From Octopus sinensis (taxonomy: Eukaryota): a DNA stretch of 64,000 nucleotides. A program made the translations under genes and the position numbers. Below are positions 1 through 13,130 of this stretch, piece after piece. The notes under the pieces were generated by a model. It had not been told where the DNA came from and ran no database searches. It was given only the letters and a program-made list of their open reading frames with translations. Location of the stretch: NCBI RefSeq assembly GCF_006345805.1, contig NC_043000.1, positions 59,210,001-59,274,000 of the forward strand, written 5' to 3'. Within the stretch, counting starts at the first letter, position 1; each line of letters opens with the position of its first letter.

Positions 1-1440
1 TTTTCTTCCGAACTGCACAATTCACAAAATCATTTGAATATGTTCACATTTTTCAAGGATTTTCTATTCGGTGCGGAATGCAGTACGACGTTATTTCAAT
101 GTTCAAACAGAACTGGATAATTTAGTTACATTTCTGTTTCCGACATTTCTAAACGAGTAGGTATGGTTGTAGAATTGGTGTTTAAATTTACCTTCCATCA
201 TACCGACATAAAATTTATACTCAGAAACTGAGTTTTTGCTTGATATGGCCTGTGCAATCTTAGATAATTGCTTCAGCATTGCTTGACTAATTAAGAGGAC
301 ATAAATTAGTGTTTCTGCACGAACAATCTACCTCTGTTCGATTTATTGGGTTGTTCGCAATTTTTTCATATTAATGGTGCAGCCGAAGCTTAATTTTAAG
401 TTGTTTCTTTTAAATAATCTCCTGTAATGACAGTTGGCAAGGAATACTTGGTAATTAATGCTAAGATTTTTTGTATGTTATTTTACTATATGTATTTGTA
501 TCTTAATGACTGTTAGCTTCTAGTGAGTTAAATAGGGTGAAGCTACATCAGAAGTTTATTTATTAGATGATAAACCGGAAATTTTCTCAAGATTTTTGAA
601 GACTATGAATGGATTGCTGGAAATCATGTTAATGTATGTGAGATTTATGTCTGATTTAATTATATATTTTATACTTATCAATGATTAGACTGAAAATGAC
701 ATTAAGAAATTAACCGTTTTCAAATTAATGAATATTGTTACCTTAAGACCGGAATTATTGAAAGTGTTGGTGAATTCTTTCAAAATTTACCTAAAGAATA
801 GTTTTTAGCATATATGAAATAAGACCAATCCATATAGAAAAGCCTATATCAGTGACAGTGCATGAATTTTTAGAGAATGTAGGATATCTACATTCCTATA
901 AGATCACATATTTCTGCGCTATCACACAAACCTCTTGTCTGTTGTTATTTTTCTTTTACCCATACGAAATTGTCGTCGAAAAGCAGGACTTTCCTAGCTG
1001 GTATTACTGCAAACTATGGCATGCATGATAACTTCAATATCAATAATTGTTTATATTGTTACATCTTACTGAATTCTTGGGATGTAACGATATTGAAACA
1101 GAGGGATAACTTTCAGCAATAATGATTTAGATAAATTTGCTCTGATTTGTATTGATGTTTTAAAATCACCTAATGATAGAGTAGGTATTGTTCTATCGAC
1201 AGACGTTAGTCGTTTTGGTAAGTGTTATTATTAATTTGACTACAGATTCATATATACGCATCAAGTATTTTTAGTTTTTTCGTGATTACACCCCACAATC
1301 AACAATATATAGCTTATTTGTAAAGCGCATCAGAAATTCATTCTTTTCATTTAATTTCTTTTTCATTTGATCATGGTCACGCCTCGTTTGATTTTTAAGC
1401 AAAGTAAACTTTATTTAAACATATCTAAAATGTATTTATG
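1..1440 (+). pseudogene. Decayed Mononegavirales-like L (RdRp) EVE, copy L1: N-terminal region to motif A
   Basis: Colinear degenerate motifs: LFDLLGCSQFFHINGAAEA (~330-390, at the GHP-motif position); INAKIFCMLF (~455, cf. measles HAIFCGII); HTKLSSKSRTF (961-993, cf. KEREL..GRxF); RGITFSNNDLDK...VLSTDVSRF (1100-1216, cf. motif A ITDLSKF). Many stops and frameshifts. Confidence 0.5.
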
Positions 1441-2197
1441 GAGCCTATACGTACATAGTTGTTATATGTATGTGTATGCATGTGTGTCTGTGTGTGTGTG
1501 TATGAGTGCGAGAGAGAGCGCATATAAGTGAATGTATGTGTACATGTCGTAGGCATGCGTTTCGTCAATAAACATCGATGAAAAAAAGCCCAAAATTAGA
1601 GCTTTCCGAACGAAGTCCATCGAGATAATTGTTCAATACCGAGTCAAAGATATTCTCTTGTGACTCTCGGTGTCTAAAATGCAGTGAACCACTGAGTACC
1701 TTTAGAAATGTCCACTCAACGAGACTATTTTTCACTTAATGTGATATAGCATAATTATACAAATAATTTAAATCCCGTATGCAAAGTAATACTTTTGAAA
1801 ATGTGGTGCTTGTTGAATTATATTGTTAAGGTATTTGCTTGAAAAGAAATGCAATTATCTATTTCCATAATTTAACCAAAATCTGAAAGTAAAAGTGAGA
1901 TAGTCTCACTTTCCATCAACGACAGTTTTTGCCTTCAGTATAGTTCACAGGTTTCATAAAAATTTAATATCAAAACCCTGCATCACCTGCTGGAAGCCTT
2001 AAAATATTCTTTTTAATTCTAAGACCAAATATCTTCAGCGATCTTAGAACTACATTACTTTGAAACTTCCTTCTCTCCGCACGAATAATTCAACTTCAAC
2101 ATTTCTATGGCATCGCTAAATAAACTATATATCAATATCACATATTTTCATATTTCTTCATTATACTTTCCTTTTGAATTATAAAACTACGAAAATG

Positions 2198-2364
2198 CTT
2201 TGTTTTCTCAATTTCCTTCCAATTTTAGTAAATTAAGTTCCTTTTTACTGTGTACTATGTATGATGTTTATTATAATTTATTTGTTTTTAAATCTATTCA
2301 GACATGTCTTTTTTTCTGTTTAATCCAACTCTTGTTTCCAGGCTACAATCATATATAGTATGTC
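2198..2364. repeat. ~165-bp direct duplication, copy 1 (copy 2 at 4646-4812)
   Basis: Near-identical tgttttctcaatttccttcc...atatagtatgtc at both positions. Confidence 0.85.
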
Positions 2365-2397
2365 ACGGATAATATTATTATGATGTTTCGTCGGTGT

Positions 2398-2922
2398 TGT
2401 TATGGTAGCTGGCTGAATTAATGAATGAAAGTATGTTTCTTGGCTGCGTGAAGTAACTGAACAACGCTCGCGAATATTTAACGGAAAAATTTATTGTCGC
2501 ACGTAAAGATAAACTGCATTGGCCATTACAGTTACAACAGCAATAACTACAGATTGGGTGAGGGATATGCTCTGAGATTTCCAGAACGCTGTTGGTATGG
2601 CGATATGTAGGTTGTCCAACGTATCTGAAATCAACTGCACTATGTTCGTGGCGACGGATGTTCTTTGTCATTTGTGCGAGCTGTCTGTCTTGGTCGTCTT
2701 CCTGAGCCGTCTGGCTGTAAAAATGTGGGCCGAACGGTTTTTAATGGGGTGACCGGAAACCAAATTCTAAAATGTTCGAGAAAAACTTGTTTACGACATC
2801 CCTTCACGCTGATTGGTCGGTTAATAGACCGATCACGTGAAACTATGGTGGTTTGTTCGTGATGCCTGTCTGCGTATCTATTTTGACTTCTTCGCAGTAG
2901 AATATTAAACTTCTCTATAACA
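2398..2922 (-). mobile_element. Probable solo LTR
   Basis: TGTTAT...ATAACA termini; a related copy lies in the opposite orientation at ~47340-47855 (shared cacgtgatyggtctattaaycgacc core). Confidence 0.5.
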
Positions 2923-4645
2923 TTACATTTAATTCAGGCATGTATTGAGTTCAATGAATAGTAATGAGCCCAATGAATAGTAATAGTAGCTATACTAACT
3001 ATTGTTTTTGTTTAGTTCAACATTTGCCTTGCTCAAGCAGACATGTGAATGTTACTTTAGCGTGCGGTCTACCGCAGTATCCAAAGCCTACACTATGAAA
3101 TGACTTGATCTTGGTTAGGATTAGGGTTAGAGCCAAAATTAGGGTTTGGGTCTAGGGCTTAGGGCGTATGTTTAAAAGCATTTAAAACATCTTGTCTACC
3201 TGTCTATCGGAGACTGCATTGTCCATTGTTTTCTTTCTTTTTTCTGGACGATAAGAAGTAATTTGATGGAAATGTGAATGCCATTTCCGACAGATCGATC
3301 TACCGTCTTCAATATTGATTTCTAACATCGACTCAAGGTCGATGTTAGAAAGATGAAAGCAAAGTTACCCTCGTTGAGATTTGAACTCAGAATGTTAAAA
3401 GACATGACTAAATGTCACAAAGTATTGCATCGGACACTCTGCCGATTTTGCCTATTCACCTTCCTCTAAATTAACTCACGATGACGCCGAATGCATTGTT
3501 TGCAACCTTTGCTGTAACTTTGGCGAGATCTAGTCCTTAGAGGACTTGTGAAACTCTTTGCGTTGTGTTTTTGAGCAAAACACTTCATCTCATGTTGCCT
3601 CAGTCCACTCAGATGTAAAAAATGAGTAATCCTGCGACGGCCCAACATTTCACTCGGGGATGAATATATACTTCACAGAATCCAAAAAACCAGCCTTATG
3701 AGCTTATGGCTCAGAAGAAACTTTTGATTCCGTTTTTTGATACCGTTTTTAGCATCTACATTTAGCATCCCGTTTTTAGCTTTTCTAAGGACTTGAAGAT
3801 TTGTATTAAATCTAACTGCATGCTCATTATAACTAATTTAACAATAAACTTATAGTAAGCTTAATTCAAGTTTTCTAATACTCTTTCAAACCTTATCCTT
3901 TCTAATCTTTCTGTAACTGAAGTTGTTTGTTTTCACTTAACCTTACCATTAATTTCTCTTTCTGTATCTCTTGTAGTATTGTCATCACTTTTTAGAATCT
4001 TGTTTGATTTTTGTCTTTTTGTCAAATAACTTTAAACGACAATTTAAATTTTGCAGAAGTCAAAACTTCCATTGTTAGCGGTTCAGCACCCCACTCAACA
4101 TCTCAAAAGTCCCAGGTTGAAAAACGTAATTTACCAACAGATTACATTTTTTCAATACCTTCATATGTTTAGTTATGGATGAAATGACGCCTTCCCTCAT
4201 TTCTGCCGTAACATCAAAGATATGTGTTGGAGCAAACAAGGTGCTAATGGCGGCATCCTACACAAAGCATCTGTCTCTAGTTCAAGGACAAAGAGTAAGT
4301 GCATCAGACCGTTTCCCATAACCCATCACTACATTCATTTAATGTGGCAGTCAAAGCGACATGCACAAAGACCTCCGAAATCAAAATGTTTATCTCAACC
4401 ACACCTGAACCCCACACATACATTAGCGCCGATTCCGTGAGCTACGTAAGGCGTCGATGTCATCCCAATCTCCAGAAAATTTGGCAATCAAAGAAAGTAG
4501 GCAACACTTTGATCATTGATCAGATTAATCAAAAAGAGAATCGAAAATGTGTTTTTCTTGGAAAAGGTGTCCTCCTGGGCATCCCTTGATACTTCAGTAA
4601 GGCACTCCACCTCACTGAAAGATCAGTTGATTCTTGATTTTTTTG

Positions 4646-4812
4646 TTTTGTTTTCTCAATTTCCTTCCATTTTAGTAAATTACGTTCCTTTATACTGTGT
4701 ACTATGTATGATGTTTATTATAATTAATTTGTTTTTAAATCTATTCAGATATGTCTTTTTTTCTGTTTAATCCAACTCTTGTATTCAGGCTACAACCATA
4801 TATAGTATGTCC
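4646..4812. repeat. ~165-bp direct duplication, copy 2
   Basis: Matches 2198-2364. Confidence 0.85.
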
Positions 4813-4821
4813 ATTAAAGAA

Positions 4822-6335
4822 GGGGAAATATACAGTTCTATATTTAAGAGATGAGGAATTACGTACATTATTTACATTTGACGGATTTGTTGTTAACAAC
4901 AACAAAAACACTGGAAAATACGAAAACTAAAAGAAGCAGCACATATGCTAGGACACAACAACGTTCTAAGCAGACCGAGTGCAGATATGAATAGCATATG
5001 GGAAACGGTATTAAGGAAGGATAGGAAAATATTAGATTTATAAGCCCTAAAATTCACTCATCTCTTAAATATAGAACTGTATCATTTAATCTTAAATATC
5101 GAACTGTATTATCTAATCGGTACGGAGCCGACATTAGACTTCAGTGGAGATATATAGAGAAACTCCATCAAAAACTAGCTCGTCTTTCAAACCATCTAAC
5201 TTTCCTGTGTAGATGTAGAGACTCAAAGCTAATACCCACTGGCTTGAAAATAATGACACCAGTCGATTCATATCAAGCTAGAAGAGTAGCGGAAAGAGCA
5301 GGACATGCCCTCGTCCGTGAGAGGATCCATTACAACCGTTGGAAAAAAAGCATCAACTAAATAACAAAATCAAGAGAGGTTATCATCATAACTTAGGAAA
5401 GTTGTACATGAAAGAATTTGAAATGGCGAAGACACGCCATATTAAGAAGTTTATGAAACTCAAAGGTCAAAGAATGAAGACTGAAGTCCGTCACCCACCT
5501 GTGAAAGCAGTAATTAATGTAAGTAGCCGACATCTAGAGAGTTTTGATGAAGCAGTACTAAAGAAAGGTCTCAACTTCGCCACAACCATCAAACGCATTC
5601 CATACTTGGACATAATAGCCCCTATTGAAGAGACAGTCGTAAAGATACCAAAAGCTCCGGGAGATGAACTAAGGTGGAAAGTGAGACAGGTACTAGAAAA
5701 AGTGAAACCTCTCAAACCAAACATCACTAAGGAAGAAAGGTTCGCTATCAAAGGACTACAGAGTGACAATTCCATCATAATACTTCCAGCAGACAAGGGA
5801 AATGCTACAGTGGTGATTAACAAGTCTGATTACTCTGAAAAATTGGCAAGTCTCATAAGTGATGGTAGCTACTGCAAAGAAAAGAAAGACCCAATTCTGA
5901 AAACAAAGAGGAAGTTGTCACAGATCTTAATCAAGAACAAGGATCACTTAACTCCAATAAAGTACAGACAACTGACTCAACATTACAGTAAACTACCACA
6001 CATGTATGGTCTCCCTAAGATTCACAAGAATTGTATTCCATTAAGACCTATAGTGAGCTGTAGAGGTTCAGCATGTCATCCACTGAGCCGCTTCCATGTG
6101 GATATAATCAGTCCATTAGCAGGAAAGTCAACATCGTTCGTGAAGAATTCCATCCATTTCCCTGAATTGATCAACGATAACAACAATAATAATAATACCT
6201 TAGGAATGAGAACCCAGGCTCAAAATTCCTCCCAAGACACCTGATGAAGGCTGGAGAGTATATCAGCCAAAACGTTGTGTTAACAACAAACAAGATGAGG
6301 ACAAATATCCGTCAAATGTAAATAATGTAAATAAT
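4822..6335 (+). mobile_element. Truncated Penelope-like retroelement (N-terminal and pre-RT part, ORF 5339-6244) with inverted pseudo-LTR pieces
   Basis: ORF motifs LKKGLNFA, PADKGNATVV, YGLPKIHK..PLRPIVS. 4827-4900 is the inverse of sequence at ~5055-5082 and 6305-6330. Hammerhead-like motif at 6241. Confidence 0.85.
6235..6282 (+). ncRNA. Degenerate hammerhead ribozyme motif in Penelope pLTR
   Basis: acac CTGATGA aggctg-gagagtatat-cagcc AAAA cgt tgtgt; the conserved GAAA appears as AAAA. Confidence 0.55.
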
Positions 6336-7079
6336 ATAGGGGAAATATAGTTTTGATTTATTGTAGCTTTCTGGTTAATTCTCCTCAAGCGTCTAGTTAA
6401 TTCCCCTCAGTCGTTATCACTAAGTATTAAACATGCTACTATTTTTACAGTTGTCATTGCATGTCTGATCTTTCTGTTTATGTATAGGGATGTAGGTAAT
6501 TTCCTTGGTGCATCTTTCTAATTTCTTGTTGTTTAATAACTCAATTGTATTGCCATTTCGTAACGATGGGGGCCGATTATTTATCAGTGTGAGCTGTGTT
6601 GACGTAAAGTAATTGCGTTCGACTTGACACACCGGTGATTTCAGTCGTTTGCACGCGCTTCGTATTTGATTGTGTACCTGAAACAAGAGGGAAAATATAA
6701 TTAACTATTTCATTATACAATCAGAGAAGCATGTAAATATATTAATTGGAAGATAACGGGATTTTATGAAATTTTAATTTCTTAAGTCTATTTCTCTTTT
6801 TTTTTGAAAGTCGTCAACAAATGCTGCTAGGTTTTGCTTTTCTTCCCTACAATCTAAAAAGAGACCTTTTATGTATGTTATTCATCCCATTATTCTTCAT
6901 CTAAGAAAGATTGAAAAGGTTTGAAAAGGTTTTGTGCACGTCATTCAGTATTTCACCGATCAACCTACTCTTATGCAAGACCCCCCCCACCACCACAAAC
7001 AACAAACAAAGAACAGCAAAAAAACAAAAACAAAAACAAAGAAAAAACAAGACAAAACAAACTTTTCCTTCTTGCTTGT

Positions 7080-7790
7080 GTTAATATTTTTACGTATGTT
7101 GGTAGCCACATAAACATTCTTATATCTGACTGTTCAACTAATGGAACGATAACTGTATTTCCGACTGTTCTAATAATTAGATTAGTTCAAAGCTCATCAA
7201 AAATAATAGAAAAAAACATAAATTTGATCTTCAAAGGGAGACGAGTGTAATAGAAAATCTGTATTGTTCAATTCTTTTTTCTATAGCTTTTATATTGATT
7301 TGTAATACAGGTCTCGATGCTAGTCTGACGTGGGGCTACTTTTCGGTAATTTTTCCATCACATTCATCTCACTTCGAGTGATTTCCGACGGTTTTGATGG
7401 TTTGATTCGTGCAAAACATAAAAACTACAGGAAAAACAAATTTCACCGTCAAAGTAAAAATTAAAGTTTGTTCAAGAAAACCAAGAAGTAAAGGTTTTAG
7501 ATTTAAAATAAAATCAAAATCGGATTTTACAATTTTATTTCTATGATTCTCATAAGTGTGTTGGCGCATTTACCTCTCCTGACGGCTGCTGCCTAATTTA
7601 AAAGTATTTAAAGTTACCGCCTTGTTCCATGTATTTCTATATACTGCGTTCCTGTCAAATGATATTACAGCCTTCTAAAAAGAATCATATTTAGATGGCT
7701 CCACAACCATGATACAAACAGACCACTACTCCATCTAAAAGTGTGTTCTTATTTTGTATTGACCAGTTTAGAGTTACATGTTAAACAATA
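7080..7790 (-). pseudogene. Decayed paramyxo-like matrix (M) EVE, copy M1
   Basis: KAVISF...TWNKAVT (cf. EKLVFY...PWRKVLT), KPLLLGFLEQTLIFTLTVKF (ORF 7369-7569, cf. PRRMLEF...FNLLVTL), IEKRIEQYRFSITL (cf. CKMKIEKMGLVFAL), in colinear order. Confidence 0.45.
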
Positions 7791-7791
7791 T

Positions 7792-7954
7792 CGGCGTAGG
7801 AGTGGCTGTGTGGTAAGAAGCTTGCTTTTCAGCCACATGATTCCGGGTTCATTCCCACTGCGTGGCACCGTGTGCAAGTGTCTTTTACTATAGCCTCAGG
7901 CCGACCAAAGCCTTGTGAGTGGATTTGGTAGACGGAAACTGAAAGAAGTCCGTC

Positions 7955-7956
<2 letters not shown>
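7792..7956 (+). mobile_element. tRNA-derived SINE head (family A)
   Basis: A box tggctgtgtgg, B box ggttcattcc; same family as 8380, 29212 and 39153. Confidence 0.85.
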
Positions 7957-7997
<41 letters not shown>

Positions 7998-8379
7998 CAA
8001 ATTGAGATAGGGGTTGTAAATGCAACCCTCCATGGGATAACATATATCCAATAAAATGAGACATACTTATCTACATAGCCGAAACAGCTGTAAGATGTAA
8101 TCTATACTTATATTTATATTTACTTATATTTATATTCTCTTTTTTATATATATTCTACTTATTATACAACATTACTCTTTTATGTACATTCCTTTATGTA
8201 CACTGATTTGTTCTGCTTTTTTATGTTTAACCCTACAGTCTCTTATGTGGTGGTTTAATAAAGTATGTGATTGAGTATTATCTGGTAATTGATATTTGAT
8301 TTAGATGTATTTCTCCATTTTCTTATCTTGTATGTATGTATATATATATATATATATTATATATATATATATATACGAC

Positions 8380-8790
8380 AGGCGCAGGAGTGGCTGTGTG
8401 GTAAGTAGCTTGCTAAACAACCACATGGTTCCGGGTCCAGTCCCACTGCGTGGCATCTTGGGCAAGTGTCTTCTGCTATAGCCCCGGGCCGACCAATGCC
8501 TTGTGAGTGGATTTGGTAGACGGAAACTGAAAGAAGCCTGTCGTATATATGTGTATATATATATATATGTATGTGTGTGTATATGTGTGTCTGTGTTTGT
8601 CCCCCTAGCATTGCTTGACAACCGATGCTGGTGTGTTTACGTCCCCGTAACTTAGCGGTTCGGCAAAAGAGACTGATAGAATAAGTACTGGGCTTACAAA
8701 GAATAAGTCCTGGGGTCGACTAAAGGTGGTGCTCCAGAATGGCCGCAGTCAAATGACTGAAACAAGTAAAAGAGTAAAAGAGAGAGAATA
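8380..8790 (+). mobile_element. Full-length tRNA-derived SINE (family A)
   Basis: Pol III A/B boxes, internal (TA/TG)n, tail ...gtcaaatgactgaaacaagtaaaagagtaaaag. Confidence 0.9.
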
Positions 8791-8792
8791 TT

Positions 8793-8883
<91 letters not shown>

Positions 8884-8888
<5 letters not shown>

Positions 8889-9263
8889 CATAAATGAGGG
8901 CAAAGGAAAAAATTTCTAATGCCAAATATGCCGAAAAATTGGACATATTGTCCATTAACCATATAATTTTTTCACAATACGCACGCTACTCGAAAATCGG
9001 TCCAATATGGTAATAATGGAATTTTTTAGAAATTTCTGTCGACCTTTTTTCGAGTAGCGTGCGTATTGTGAAAAAATTATATGGTTAATGGACAATATGT
9101 CCAATTTTTCGGCATATTTGGCATTAGAAATTTTTTCCTTTGCCCTCATTTATGAATTGTTTATAAATTTAACCGTTAAAGGTATTTTTTAATATGCTGG
9201 CCATTGATAAAATTTTTTTCGAGAAAATATTTTTTTTCGAAAAGAATTTTATCCTCACATTTG

Positions 9264-9265
<2 letters not shown>
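8884..9265. mobile_element. Inverted-repeat element inserted in (TA)n; related copy at 58583-58942
   Basis: 8884-8995 is the reverse complement of 9048-9158; flanked by TA tracts. Confidence 0.75.
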
Positions 9266-9296
<31 letters not shown>

Positions 9297-9480
9297 CAAT
9301 TAAGGGTTTAGCAACGAATTGCCTTACCGCACACCGAATTTAGAAATAGCAGTCAAAGAGATTATAGCTATTTCTTCTACTAAAAGGGGGATCTCAGTAA
9401 AAACACAGCATTTGAAAGGCAAACACAAACAGGTAAGAGAGAATGAATTAACGGCAATCTATCATACAGTTTTAAGTCAC

Positions 9481-9571
9481 CTACGGACGTACGTTTCGAG
9501 ATCAAGTCTTAGGAAAGCATAAGAATTAGATAATTCTACCTTACCCATACTTCTTCTCTCATCAGCGCAGG
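9481..9571 (-). ncRNA. Type I hammerhead ribozyme
   Basis: Minus strand reads cctgcg CTGATGA gag...ctc GAAA cgtacg TC cgtagg: stem I cctgcg/cgtagg, palindromic stem III. Confidence 0.75.
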
Positions 9572-10164
9572 ATACAAACAATCATGAATGATTGTATATT
9601 GAATTTTGAGATACTAGAAGGCACCAACTCAACTCAGTATCAGAGCGAGCTAGAAGCCACAGCTAGTATCACCAAATTCAAAGTGTGAATGAAAGTTTGT
9701 GTCACCAGTCCCTTCCCACCCGCGTGTAGCCAAGACAAATGCTGTGTTTTCACTGAGATCCCCCTTTTAGTAGAAGAAATAGCTATAATCTCTTTGACTG
9801 CTATTTCTAAATTCGGTGTGCGGTAAGGCAATTCGTTGCTAAACCCTTAATTGCTTAGTATTACTTAAATTTTCCTCGAATGAGGCTTTTACATGCCGAA
9901 GACTACTTGGTGTAATTGATAATTATTCTAAATTAATTAATTTCACCCTTCATTGTTACTGATAACCATATTCATCCCAGTAAATGACCACAGCACTTTG
10001 TCTTGGCTACACGCGGGTGGGAAGGGACTGGTGACACAAACTTTCATTCACACTTTGAATTTGGTGATACTAGCTGTGGCTTCTAGCTCGCTCTGATACT
10101 GAGTTGAGTTGGTGCCTTCTAGTATCTCAAAATTCAATATACAATCATTCATGATTGTTTGTAT

Positions 10165-10256
10165 CCTGCGTTGATGAGAGAAGAAGTATGGGTAAGGTAG
10201 AATTATCTAATTCTTATGCTTTCCTAAGACTTGATCTCGAAACGTACGTCCGTAGG
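10165..10256 (+). ncRNA. Type I hammerhead ribozyme copy (TTGATGA variant)
   Basis: cctgcg TTGATGA gag...ctc GAAA cgtacg TC cgtagg; inverse of 9481-9571. Confidence 0.65.
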
Positions 10257-10544
10257 TGACTTAAAACTGTATGATAGATTGCCGTTAATTCATTCTCTCT
10301 TACCTGTTTGTGTTTGCCTTTCAAATGCTGTGTTTTTACTGAGATCCCCCTTTTAGTAGAAGAAATAGCTATAATCTCTTTGACTGCTATTTCTAAATCC
10401 GGTGTGCGGTAAGGCAATTCGTTGCTAAACCCTTAATTGCTTAGTATTACTTAAATTTTCCTCGCATGAGGCTTTTACATGCCGAAGACTACTTGGTGTA
10501 ATTGATAATTATTCCAAATTAATTAATTTCACCCTTCATTGTTA

Positions 10545-10624
<80 letters not shown>

Positions 10625-10628
<4 letters not shown>

Positions 10629-10820
10629 TGTGTGCCTGTGTTTATCCTCCCAACTTCGATGCTGGTGTGTATATGTCCCTGTAACTTAGCGGTTCGGCAG
10701 AAGAACCGATAGAATAAGTACTAGGCTTACAAAGAATAGATCCTGGGGTCGATTTGTCCGACTAAAAGGCAGTGCTCCAGCATGGCCGCAGTCAAATGAT
10801 TGAAACGAATAAAAGAATAG
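10625..10820 (+). mobile_element. SINE family A 3' part
   Basis: gtaacttagcggttcggc...agtcaaatga tail. Confidence 0.8.
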
Positions 10821-12040
10821 ACAAACTGACCTTGTCCACAACATTCACTGAGAAAGCTTACGTTACGTACATGAACGCTTTGTCATACCAGACCGAATAA
10901 AAACTATAGAATGGAAGGAGACATGATCACGCAATGTGGTAAATGTAGACGTGACTGGGTTATGTGAGTATGAATATTTGAAAAGATGTATTTGCGTGAG
11001 ATAAAATTTTGCTGTGATAAGCGTGTTTAGACATGAATTTAGCAAGTGCTTGTCGATAATTAAGAGTCTTAGTAGACAGCTCTGCACTTCAAACACTTAG
11101 TACCACGTACAGCATCAAGCTTTGGCACCATTGTAACAAATCAGCGACTGTCATGTTAATGTACACAAATGGGATCGTTACCTTTTGACCGACAGATTTA
11201 AAAAATAATTTTTTGTAACTAAACACTTTCAAACTTCGGACACTGGTAGAATGTGTCATATAAAACATCTTTTACTCTTAGCATTTTTGAGAAAAACTTA
11301 TATTTACGAAGTTATTTCACCTTAAAGTTGTCCTATTTCGGTAATTTCAATCAATCAATGACGTGTATTCAGCTGAATAAAATTACTGTCGTTGTTTGTC
11401 AACAACTATCGGCGGTGTATTTTGCGTTTGTCACTGTTATTTATGACATCGTTCATGCGTTTGTACTGGTTTTAGCTTTAAGGTTTTAGGGTTAGAGTGA
11501 GTGTGATAGGGTTAGGGTTAGGGTTGTCATAAATAATAGTGACAAACGAAATATACACCGCCGGAAGTTCTCGTTGACAAACAACAGCAGTAATTTTATT
11601 CAGCAGAATACACGTCATTGATTGGTTGATATTACCGAAATAGGACAACTTTAACGTGAAATGACTTCGTAAATACGTTTTTCTCAAAAATGCTAAGAGT
11701 AAAAAATGTTTTATATGACATATTCTACCAGTGTCCGAAGTTTGAAAGTGTTCAGTTACAAAAAATTATTTTTTAAATCTGTCGGTCAAAAAGTAAAGAT
11801 CCCACAAATGATGCAAAAAAAAAAAGGGGAAAAAACTGCGTGAATTTGGCTCATTTATCATATTATTTCCACTAATCACAAGGATTATATTGAGTCATAT
11901 ATGGATATAGTTGAGACTGCCATTTTCACTTTCAATAGAACAGATACTTTTCGCACATCCAAGTGTGTTTTTTTCAGTCCTTTCAAGTTCAATAAATAGC
12001 CTGATTGGCTTTAAAAAAACCGCCAAAGCTAGCGGTTTTC
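10820..12040 (-). pseudogene. Possible decayed paramyxo-like nucleoprotein (N) EVE, copy N1, split by the 11171-11803 MITE
   Basis: INMTVADLL...V*SAE...RQALAKF (cf. FNMILGTIL...AVTAPDTA...RRWIKY) and FIRSGMT (cf. YIRNTGLT). Weak matches. Confidence 0.3.
11171..11803. mobile_element. Palindromic MITE with ~280-bp inverted arms and a (TTAGGG)n-like core
   Basis: gggatc...gatccc termini; 6-bp TSD acaaat (11165-70 and 11804-09). Confidence 0.9.
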
Positions 12041-12158
12041 TGCTAGCTACTTGATAATATTTTCACATTGATATTTTCAGTCACGTATTTTACTGAACGC
12101 CCCATGTTGAAATTGCAAAATTGCAATGTTATATTTGTGTAAAAATGAAATCAAATCT

Positions 12159-12202
<44 letters not shown>

Positions 12203-12457
12203 AATATTGCAAACAATGATATGAAATGGACGTGTGTGTGTGTGAAAGAGAGAGAGAGTGAGTGAGTGGAGGGGTGTGATGTCATGTATACATACATAAA
12301 TAGGGTAATGTTTTAGAGAGAGATAGATAGATAGATACAGAGAGAGAGTGCCACTTATACATCACTCGCCCTGTCACACACGCACACATACAGAAAAGAT
12401 GTATACATATGTATTTATGTATGTATGTATACATGACAACACATCTCTTCACTCACT

Positions 12458-12499
<42 letters not shown>

Positions 12500-12916
12500 T
12501 TCTCTCTCACGCACACACATACATAAATGTATACAAACGTACCTACAAAAACACGTGTGCGTATGAGACTAACTAGAAATACATAGAGCTGAACACGCTG
12601 CGCAAAAAGTAAATAGATAAAAAAAATGTACGGAAATTAACGAAGTGTGCGGGTTCAAACGAAACAATGCGGCGAATGAAACTTTAAATGAAAACATTGA
12701 AATGAATATATATTAAATTACTATAAATGAAAATAAAGGCAATAGAGAGTGAGAGAGATTTGCAAATGAAAACTGAAATTTCGCCTTCAACTAATGAATG
12801 CAACGAATGCAGTGAATGCAAAGAATATGTAAATTAGTGAAAAACTTGTAGTTCAAATATTCAATAAAGTTCAGAAATCGAAATTGCATTTCTTGAAACA
12901 TGAATTTATAAAATAA

Positions 12917-13130
12917 TTTCCAGACAGTCAAGCCTTTAATAATTGCTTTCTTTTAGTAACTGTTACATACCTAATTAATAAGGAGCTTTTTCTATTATAA
13001 TATATTGATAGATATAGATAGACATGAATTAAAAAAAAAAATTCCAGACGGTCAAGCCTTTAGTAATTGCTTTTTTTTAGTAACTGTTACATATCTAATT
13101 AATAAGCAGCTTTCTCCATTATAATATAGA
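12917..13130. repeat. Tandem duplication, two ~120-bp units
   Basis: ttccagacrgtcaagccttta...attataatata occurs twice. Confidence 0.8.

Larger units (their letters stand above)
9294..10547. mobile_element. Non-autonomous Penelope-type (retrozyme-like) element: inverted and tandem pLTR copies carrying hammerhead ribozymes
   Basis: 9294-9737 is inverted relative to 9998-10442, and 9735-9960 is directly repeated at 10322-10547. No long ORF; inserted in (TA)n. Confidence 0.75.

Noticed and set aside
7792-7865. tRNA genes at SINE heads
   Set aside because: A/B boxes only, followed by SINE body; no full cloverleaf.
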